The notes beneath the pieces are model-generated. The model did no database searches and had not been told where the DNA came from. It was given only the letters and a program-made list of their open reading frames with translations. Made by a program: the position numbers and the translations under genes. Shown here piece after piece: positions 14,001 through 64,000 of a stretch of 64,000 bases of DNA (the first letter of the stretch is position 1; each line of letters opens with the position of its first letter). The stretch comes from Euglena gracilis (Eukaryota), in assembly GCA_039621445.1 (NCBI GenBank), contig CP154954.1, positions 24,812,954-24,876,953 on the forward strand, written 5' to 3'.

Positions 14001-16477
14001 CCCACGAGGGTGAAGTAGAACTGGGAGATGCAGTTGTTGAACGAGTTGCCGCAGACCTCCCCCGCGTAGCAGCACCACCGCGCGGTCCCCCTGGGGAGGG
14101 AAGGGGAGCATGGTGGTGGATGGCAGATTCGGACACAGCCAAGCACCTATGACAGATTCCAAATTTTAGCCCACGGTCGGCTGCGGTCGGCCGCGGTCGG
14201 CTGCTGCGGTCGGCTGCGGTCGGCTGCGGTTGGCTGCGGTCGGCAGCGGTCGGCAAAGTAGTTGGCTGTAGGTGGGGGGTAGGCCAACAAAAAATGAGCA
14301 TATATCACAATCACACAATCCACTGTTGCCGACTTTTGGCCACTTTTGGCTGCTTTTGGCCAGTTTTTGGCCACTGTTGCCGACTTTTGGTCGATTTTTG
14401 CTGCCTTTGCCCATTATTTCCTGCCTTTTGCTTTCGTTTGGTCACTTTTGTTGCTTTTGCCCACCTTTTGCCCAAAAATGGTCCAAAATGACCCTGCTTT
14501 TGGCCGATCCGGGTCACTTTAGCAGCTTTTGTTCACTTTTGGCAACAAACTGGCGCAAAATGCTCAAAATGGTCAAACTCGACAAAAAAGAGACCAAAAA
14601 ATGGGCAAAAATAACAAAAGAAAAGGTCGAAAGTGGCTTTATATGGTCAAAAATGGCCCTAAATGGCCCAAAATGGCCCAAGACCAGGACAAAATGGCCC
14701 AAAATTACAAGAAGTGGGCAAAAAGTGGCCAAAAATGGTCAAAATAGGTCAAAATGAGTGAATTATGGTGGCAAATGGGCCAAAAGGGGACAAAAGCGAC
14801 CAAAAATGGCCAAAAGTGGCCAAAAGTGACAAGTGGCAACATGAGCCAGATGAGCCAGAAAAATCTCAACATCTGGGATAAAAATGAGCCTAATTCCTCA
14901 TTCTCACTGAAAAATTGACATCAATTAGAAAAAAGTTGCGCGGTCGGCTGCGGTCGGCTGCGGTCGGCTGCGGTCGGCACCCCACCTATGACAGTCCTGA
15001 AACCCGCGGTCGGCCGCGGTCGGCTGCGGTCGGCTGCGGTCGGCTGCGGTCGGCTGCGGTCGGCATAGGTGCCTGGACACAGCTCAAAAGGGGGAAAGGC
15101 GTTATATGTCCCGTGGTTTGGCACAAGTGGTGGGGAAGGGAGGCTGTTGTTGGGGGTTATGGCGAGATGGCAATATTTCGTACAATAGATAGCAATGATT
15201 ATTTTATGACCCGCGATGCCTTTGTGTGTCCAATGACAGGGCCATATTGAGGTGACAAGTTCCACAGAGGCAATTGTGAATGGAACGCACCTTTCAAGAA
15301 GGCTTCACATGCAGGGTGCCCCCCTAAGACAAGGGGGCCCCCTGGAACCCCCAAAAAATTCTTCACCGGCGCTTTGCAACAGAAAAAGTATGTTTTTATC
15401 ATCTGTTTTGTAAAGTTGGTAAAAAAACCCCTGAAAACGCAGTTCGGGCTTTTTTTTTTGAAGCACTCAAAAATTTCCAGCGAGTTGTGCTGGGTTCTTT
15501 TCCCGAGGGGAAGGGGGGGTCATCCTCCCCCCCCCGTCCCGCTGGGGAGAAGGGGTCCGAGACCGCCCCACACATTCCCTCTCTTGCCTTCCCACAGCAA
15601 TGCCATTAAATTGGAAATGGTCAGGAGGCGAATTCCCGTTTCCTCCTGCCCATTTGAAAAAGATTTTGGGGTTTTGCGGTGCGTGCTCTCCAAACCTCTG
15701 CAGAACCCTCCTTCCCATCATCAACGTTCACAAAAGAGGCAGTTTTTTTGCGACAGCCGCTCCCCGCTCTCGTGTTGGTGCTTGAGACCCCCCTTTCGGG
15801 TCGCGTTGCGTTTCAACGTGCAGCAGAAGTAGGCTCCATGAAACGTCACCTAAAAATTGCGGGAACCTTTGGCCGATTTCGCCTTCGGCTAAAAATTTAG
15901 GCACCTTTCTGCTCGCTTTGTCCTCAGAAGTCCTTTATCACAAACCAAAGCACCAGAGGAAATGGTCCAAAAATGGACCTTCCCAGAAACTATTCGGCAC
16001 TTTCGACAAAAGCCCCAGGTTGGGGCTTCTTTTGGGGGCTGGCTACTAATGGGGACGGGTGCTTCTGTTAGAGGCAGGGGTTTTCATCAATCTCCAGATA
16101 ATACTCATATCAGAAGATAGAAATTCACCAAATGTTTCACAATCCCTCTACAGCAACCCCTCTAGTCAAGGCTAAATCCAGTGTCGCTGCTGCCTGCGAC
16201 CTGTGACAAAAAAAGCATTTTTTTTGATTTTATGCCACTACTCATCGTCACTCCTTTCCGGATCTGTGCTCCAGTTCTGGATTTCAACAATTCTTCGCAA
16301 ATTCCCATTTTATCCTTCGACCTCAGACGCCACACGGCTGCCCGGCGTCACACACCGGCACAAGCAGGCGGCCGAGCCGGAGGGGTTTTCGTCGCAGTAC
16401 TGGATCACCCCGTAGCAGTCCTGGGCGGCGGTCTGGGGCAACAGGCACGCTGCCAGCAGCCATCGCCGGCGGCGCAT
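8050..16477 (-). CDS. Orphan single-pass membrane protein (signal peptide, 8-Cys ectodomain, TM, Pro/Ser-rich tail); 3' end unresolved
   Basis: Better-supported exons: 16477-16356 (MRRRRWLLAACLLPQTAAQDCYGVIQYCDENPSGSAACLCR), 14090-13973 (GTARWCCYAGEVCGNSFNNCISQFYFTLVGVVSIAIAVA), 13344-~13292 (FIVWHLALTCCVAIAAL), ~11581-11478 (RFYWWVKRRRITARLRMLQQAPPAPLPTPIEGIAV). Tentative phase-compatible exons: 10696-10646, 10410-~10350, ~9945-9845, 9506-9386, 8388-8313, 8168-~8050. No homolog recognised. Confidence 0.6.
8495..8880. repeat. (CCAT)n/(CCCT)n/(CCCA)n compound microsatellite
   Basis: Read directly. Confidence 0.95.
9240..9292. repeat. (CCACACA)n short tandem repeat
   Basis: Read directly. Confidence 0.9.
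10957..11198. mobile_element. TA-flanked MITE
   Basis: TAAACCCGCCCCCCCTAATAGAAGC ... GCTTCTATTAGGGAGGGAGGGTTTA. Internal GGGTCCAAATA repeats are shared with 55099-55518. Confidence 0.7.
12177..12558. mobile_element. MITE-like element
   Basis: ACCCCCCCTTGTCTAAGC ... GCTTAGACAAGGGGGGGGGT, with internal GGTAAGAACCGGGG repeats. Confidence 0.65.
14145..15065. repeat. Dispersed repeat with GGTCGGCTGC 10-mer tandem arrays
   Basis: Arrays at ~14175-14254 and ~14940-15065. Segment ~14510-15010 is the reverse complement of ~49468-49950. Confidence 0.85.
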
Positions 16478-16478
16478 G

Positions 16479-16520
16479 CTGGACGGGGAGGGAGGGCAGC
16501 GCAGGGAGAGAGGCAGAGAG
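16479..16520 (-). promoter_or_regulatory. Putative trans-splice acceptor of the membrane-protein gene
   Basis: Long pyrimidine tract ...CCCTCCCTCCCCGTCCAG|C ATG, one base upstream of ATG 16477. Confidence 0.55.
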
Positions 16521-16689
16521 ATATGGGGTGGGGCCACTTCACATGTGGGATGCCACTTGGCATACCGGGTGTCACTAGACATATGGGGTGTCACCTGACA
16601 TATGGGGTGTCACTGGGCATGTGGGATGTCACTTGCAGCTGGTTGGGTGGGACAAGAAACGGTCCGATGGGGTGGGGGGGGGACACCCC

Positions 16690-17026
16690 CCCACCTAAAC
16701 AGTGGCGCGGTCAGGGTGACCAATTTTCGGCCCGGCGCGAAGCGCCGGGCCGAAATTTTTTGACCCCCCAAATCGACCAAAAGTGCCATTTTGGGCATTT
16801 TTTGGGCAAAATGGCCAAAAATGCAAAAAATTTTCGGCGCAAAGCGCCGGAGGAAAAAATCGACCCTTTTTGGGGGGGTCCCTGGTACCCCCCCCCCCAG
16901 GGTCGGTCCGGACCCCCCTTGCAGGTGGGGGGGGTCCGGACCCCCCCTGCGGGCCAGGGGGGGGGGGGGGGTGGGGGGGACACCCCCCACCTAAACCATG
17001 TACGCCCTCCTTATATCGAACCCTGG
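16690..17026. repeat. G/C-run-rich dispersed repeat, also at ~44390-44573 plus 45830-45886
   Basis: Shared GACCCTTTTTGGGGGGGTCC...GGGTCGGTCCGGACCCCCC and terminal CTTATATCGAAC(C/T)CTG. Confidence 0.65.
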
Positions 17027-17296
17027 CTATAGGGTGCCTGCCCCTAACAGGCACACCCCCAGGGGGGGGGTAGGGGTCCGGGGGGGGGGACCCAGAAAAT
17101 TTTCATTGAAAATGGCCTTTTCCGGGCCCCCGGCGCCTTCGGCGCTGGGGTAAGAGGGGGGTGCCTGCTATGGGCAGGCACCCCCCAAAACCCTACCCCC
17201 CGGGGGGGGGAGGGTCGGATCGGGTGCGGTGGGGTACCTGCCCCTAGCACCCACCCCACCCCCCGTGGGGTAGGCACCCGACTAAGCACAAGCCTG
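17027..17296. mobile_element. Copy of the CAGGCTTGTGCTTA MITE family lacking its left end
   Basis: CTATAGGGTGCCTGCCCCTA...GGTAGGCACCCGACTAAGCACAAGCCTG matches the 21482 copy. Confidence 0.8.
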
Positions 17297-18575
17297 GTCG
17301 GGGCAGGTGGCTGCCAGATGGAGAAGGCTGAACCCGAACCAGAAAAAAGGGGGGAGCCCAAACCCATCTGGGTTGGGATTCTTTTGCCACATTCTTGGGG
17401 TGAAAAAAACCCCAAAGCCCTCAAAAAAGCCCCTTTCTGGACCTTTTTCAAAAACTTTCGGAATTTGCGCCAAATTTCTGTGGTCCAGCCAGGATTTGCC
17501 AGGCTGCCAAAACTTCATTTCTGCGCGGGGGGTGGGGGGACAGTTCTGATGGGAGCTGACTGAGCTGACGGCCAGGGAAAGGTTTGGACGCGGGATTTTG
17601 GTTACAATTCAGGATTATTTACCTGAAATAAGCCAAGTTTGGATCGAAACCTATTCCAAAATTCCTAAATTCCAGAAAAGAATTCCAAAAAAACTACTGC
17701 CACAATCCCAACCCAAAACCCAAACCCAACAATGATTCCATAACAAAAACCTTGACAAAAACTGGATCAAAAGATGAGCAAAAATCTCTCGACAATCCCT
17801 CCAAAAATCCAGACTGGGAGCCTCTGGTTCATGTTGGGGGGGCAACGTAAGGCTGCCATTTGACTTTGGTGCCAAGCATTTTTGGCATTTTGGTGCTGAG
17901 CACCGTGGGTGCTGAGCACCAGAGTGTCAAATCAGCGCCGAAACAACAACAAGAACAACCCAAGAACAATTACATTGTTGAATAAAATAACCGTAAAATG
18001 AGACCCGAGCAATTTTGTGCCAAAAAAGCTAAATACATGTTAAAGATAGTGTGGTTGTGTGTGTACGTGTTCATGTGTGCATGTATGTGTGCGTGTGCGT
18101 GCGTCCATGCTTGCACATACGTATGCACAGGGGGGGTTTCTCATTCACACATACGCATGTATGCATCCGGCACACATTAATGCATGGAAAGTTCAGACTG
18201 CAATGCGCCATATGGGTGAATTGAAAAGTGGGATGAGCAACATTCAAAAAATCCAGCAAAAAATGTGTGAAATAAGCGCAACGTATCGCTCGGCAACGCT
18301 CGGCATATTCCACTCAGCAAGAGGTAGAAACAATGGATATCTGGGAATTGTCGATCGGCACCACACAGGTGGGCATTTCAGAATCGGCGGGAAAGCGTGT
18401 GAGCAATGGACGAGACCACAGGTAGCTGCGGCCATATCCTTCCCCTCGAGGCGGGCGATGCCTGCAACCTGTTGGTACAAAAATCAATCCGAACGGCCGG
18501 GAAAGCAGCCCGCTCGCAACGTTCCACCCAAACGCCAACCGAGCCGCAGCCCGATCGTTGCGGGGACCGGGCGGG

Positions 18576-26045
<7,470 letters not shown>

Positions 26046-26055
26046 GTGTCCGGGC

Positions 26056-26085
26056 CTGGACAGCCGGAGAGAAGGGCGTGGCAAG
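26056..26085 (-). promoter_or_regulatory. Putative trans-splice acceptor of the MBL-like gene
   Basis: CCCTTCTCTCCGGCTGTCCAG| lies 10 nt upstream of ATG 26045. Confidence 0.55.
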
Positions 26086-26889
26086 CACAGGAGAGCGGGG
26101 GGGGGGCGTTGCCATTCAGGTTTCCGTGCAAACTGCCATAGTGGGTTGGTGTCGACCCCCCCCCGGCGGGCCTTCCCGCAGTGGGGCTGCATCTCTCAGA
26201 CGGAAAGTCGTTGGCAAATCTAGTAGGTATCTTTGGGCGAAAGAAAGGTAATGTGCTTCATTGCCTAACACCCTTCATAATAGGGGCGTTAAATTCCACT
26301 GCAGGGGGCAAAACATCAAAAATATACCCGCGCCCCAAACGCAGCCAGTCAAAGTTAGTATCAACGTATATTTCAAATTTGTGGAACACGCTGTCTGAAA
26401 CACAACCCCCTATTCAAAAGAAACGAAACCTCGCAAAACCCCCAGCTGTTAAAGATGTCTCAGTAGTTGTTTTTTTTGAAGCTTTCAAGCAAATTTGCTG
26501 AAAACAACATTCCTAAAGAAATGGGGGGGGTGCTTGGAAAACCAATGAACACAAGCATCATGTTGCCTTTCCTTTTACATCCGAAAGTGCGTGCACCAAT
26601 TGTGATCCGTGATGAAGTGCTTCTGAGAAACCAGAAAGGATCGCATCATACATAGTTGCACCGGACATGAACTATCAGGCCAGCAGGGCTATGGTGCTGC
26701 GAGAGGGGTGACGCCGGGATAAGGTGAGCTACGCTGCCGAGTGCCGGGGACAGCACCGTCCAAAAGACCTGTGATTTGAGGGCCAACGCTAAGCTGGCCC
26801 CCCCGCAGTGAGGTAACGAACCGGGGCAGTGGTGGGCAGTGGCGGGCAGGGCCATGGGGTTGTGCAACAGTGGCCGGGGGGTCAACGGG

Positions 26890-61017
<34,128 letters not shown>

Positions 61018-61042
61018 GGCGGCCAAGGAGAAGAAGAGAGGC

Positions 61043-61065
61043 CTGAAAAAAGGGAAGCGGTGTGC
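61043..61065 (-). promoter_or_regulatory. Putative spliced-leader trans-splice acceptor of TOP3B
   Basis: Minus strand CTTCCCTTTTTTCAG| followed by a 25-nt pyrimidine-rich UTR ending GCCGCC before ATG 61017. No upstream cis exon is needed. Confidence 0.6.
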
Positions 61066-61656
61066 TTGCTGATTGTTTGCTGTGCAACACTCAGCGTTAG
61101 GGTGCGTTGACAAGAGGGGAACCTGGACTTTGTGGACCTCCAGACCAACAACCTCGAAGAGGCGGTCGTGTCTATCCCCAATCCTGGCGGAGTATGAGGA
61201 GGATGAATGAGTCACGAAAAGTCTCAAAAATTTAAAAAAAATGAAGAAGTGGAGGAGGAAAAAAAAAACTGTTTGGAATCAGCTTGATGCATTATTGAGC
61301 CCAAAACATCTTTGATTTTCTGCTTTTTTTTAACTGCAGCATTTTCATAGTGCGGACTTGCAAACAAAAATCAGCTTTTGGTGTGGTGATTACACCGCAG
61401 TTCTAAAAGTGGAATGACACAATGTCTTTAGGGCTAAAAAAAAAAAGCCTCGGTACAATCAGTGCAGTAGACAAGAGGCACGCCATCGCAAGCAAAAAAA
61501 GTGGATGAAAGACGCACGTGAGTTCAGTCATCTCTGCAACCTGCTGTGTGCGAATCCAACTCCGGCAGAAAAAAAAACTTTCGGACGTGCGGGGCTGGAT
61601 TATGCGCGTTGTGTCGTGCGGCATCCCGCCGGGCGGCCGGGGGTTGTGGCGCGGAG

Positions 61657-62882
61657 TCACTGCGCAGGGGCCTCCAGCCAGTAGGGCGTGGCCGCGGCGT
61701 CGTAGCCCCCGCGCTTGATGATCCACGGCGTGGCCCTCTGCGCAGCCCGCTGGTCTCTGGTGCAATTCCCACCCCTCCTTGTTGAGCCAACCCAGGGAAC
61801 GGAGGGAGACGGTGGACTTGGCAGAAATACTCCCCCTCCTCCAAAATAAGACCCGGGTTGACGTTGGGGGGGTGCTGAAAATCCCAGCGCGAAACGGGAC
61901 GTGGCACATTGGACAGGTAGTTTCGGTGTTGAGGTCAGCTGTTTGAAATGCCTGTCAAATCACTGACTCTCCAACTTTTTTTGGAGAGTGAGTGACTTGA
62001 ATACGTGATTCTTGCTCTTGGGCCTTTCTTTGTCCCAGCAAACTCAAGTAGAGGTACCACAGATGTGACCTCAAATCACATCCTGCACCTTCACCACCCC
62101 CAAATAAACAAATGGATCCCCCAAAAAGACCTTCCTTTTTTTTCTGGGATTTCTGGAAGGAAGTCCAAAACATAGCCTCCCTTAAACTGTGAAAATGCCC
62201 AAAAGCAATGATTTTTGGACTTTTCTTGGAATTTATCTGTTTTCAAATGTTATAATTGGTATTTTTTGAGACAATTTTTGCTCATTGCCGACCCATTAAT
62301 TTTTTCCCTTTCAATTTCAGGGAAAATCCAAAAATTAAACCCCCCAAAGCCCTGTTTGCTGGGCAGCCGGACCCCGGGCTCCACCCAGTAGCCGTCCGGG
62401 TCCCGGGCGAAGGCCAGCCCCTTCATCCGCCCGTCCTCCGGCCGCTTCACAAACCCGGCCAGCCTGTCTGCTCCGCCACGCACGGGGGAGGGGGCGGGGC
62501 CATGCCGGCCGGAAGGTGCAAGCGGAAGGGGTCGGCGCCGCCGCTGGCGGAGGGCAGGTACCTTCCCCCCTTGTCCTTGACATGCCAAAGTACAGGGAAA
62601 GTGCGGTGGACAGGGGGGGGGGGTGTCATAGACCAGCCATGTCAAGGACAGGGGGGGGGGGAAGGTTGGTGCCCGGGCCACTTTCGGGGGACCGGGCCGG
62701 GGGCCCTGTGCAAACCCAAACGGTGACGTTTACGGGGTTCGGTTCGAAGGAAGCAGAAGGCCGAGCCCATAGCCCAGGGGCTCCAGCTGGGCACAGGCCT
62801 GGGCCACGTCCTCCACCAGGAAGCCAATGTGGCCAAAGCCGCGCCGGCCGTCCGTGTTCCCATTGTTGTAGGCGAAGTCCTC
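61657..62882 (-). CDS. GLO1: Lactoylglutathione lyase (glyoxalase I), last three exons; 5' exons not found in the window
   Basis: Exons 62882-62767 ([38 protein letters not shown]), 62454-62380 ([25 protein letters not shown]) and 61723-61657 ([21 protein letters not shown]). NGN..RGFGHIG and MKGLAF..DPDGYW.E are glyoxalase I signature motifs. Confidence 0.93.
61724..62379 (-). other. Nonconventional intron in GLO1
   Basis: GA|GCCCGGGGTCCGGCTGCCCAGC...GCTGCGCAGAGGGCCACGCCGTG|G. Two stacked stems in the +4/-6 register. Confidence 0.8.
62455..62766 (-). other. Nonconventional intron in GLO1
   Basis: GG|GCTCGGCCTTCTGCT...AGCAGACAGGCTGGCCGG|G. About 12-bp stem in the +4/-6 register. Confidence 0.85.
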
Positions 62883-63433
62883 CTGAGGAGCGAGGCGAGG
62901 ATGGGGCTCACCCGCTCTGTGCGCGAGTGGCTGACACCGCCATTTGCTGCCATTGAAAAACAGGCAGCAACAAACCCCCAAAATAGAACTTGGTTGTCCG
63001 ATAGCCGTTGCATCTGCACGAAAAACGTTTGCACGTGGGCGACTAAAAAAAAAGTACTTCTTGTCCCTCCCACCTTCCAGGAACAACGTGAAAAGTGCTC
63101 AAAAAGTTACATTCCGGTGTTTTGCACCGGAATGCAAAACAGAAATCAATAAAAAAAATAGTCGTATGAAGATGTCAAAAAGAAAAAACTATTAAAAATA
63201 TTCAAAAAATAATCCGCCCAAAAGAGCTCCTCGGGATTTCCACAAAAAAAAGAGAAACCTGGGAATTATTGGGGGGTTATCCCAGGAAGTTGTCATATGA
63301 CAAGTCAGTGATCACATGCCAAATCTGTGAGACCAAATGTGTGAGATTGGGGGAGGGTGGTAAACCTTTTCAAGAAATCACACTGTGGCAAGACACCATC
63401 ATAATTAGTACATGTTCGCCCATTTCTGTGTGC

Positions 63434-64000
<567 letters not shown>

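Overview
Eukaryotic nuclear DNA, almost certainly from a euglenid (Euglena-like). This is inferred from the mixture of GT/GC-AG introns with non-canonical introns whose ends base-pair, and from likely trans-splice acceptors. Splicing exons by hand shows four head-to-tail genes, all on the minus strand. (1) The 3' part of glyoxalase I (62882-61657). (2) A complete 30-exon DNA topoisomerase III beta gene (61017-26890, 845 aa, all exon phases consistent). (3) A complete 10-exon, 282-aa uncharacterised metallo-beta-lactamase-like protein (26045-18576) whose 9 introns are ALL nonconventional. (4) An orphan signal-peptide/Cys-rich/single-TM protein starting at 16477, with its 3' end unresolved. Introns are packed with MITE-like elements (CAG...CTG termini with 8-bp TSDs, GGGGATGC termini, TA-flanked elements, a 2.6-kb element with a 5-bp TSD), some nested, and with microsatellites. 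The main hypothesis is geometric: the nonconventional introns read 3 nt + paired stem + 5 nt, which is exactly what clean RNA-level removal of a CAG...CTG element plus one 8-bp TSD would need, and such elements are present here. Most entries in the supplied ORF track are spurious or contain only single exons. No rRNA, tRNA or CRISPR features were recognised. Coordinates were counted by hand and may be off by a few bases.
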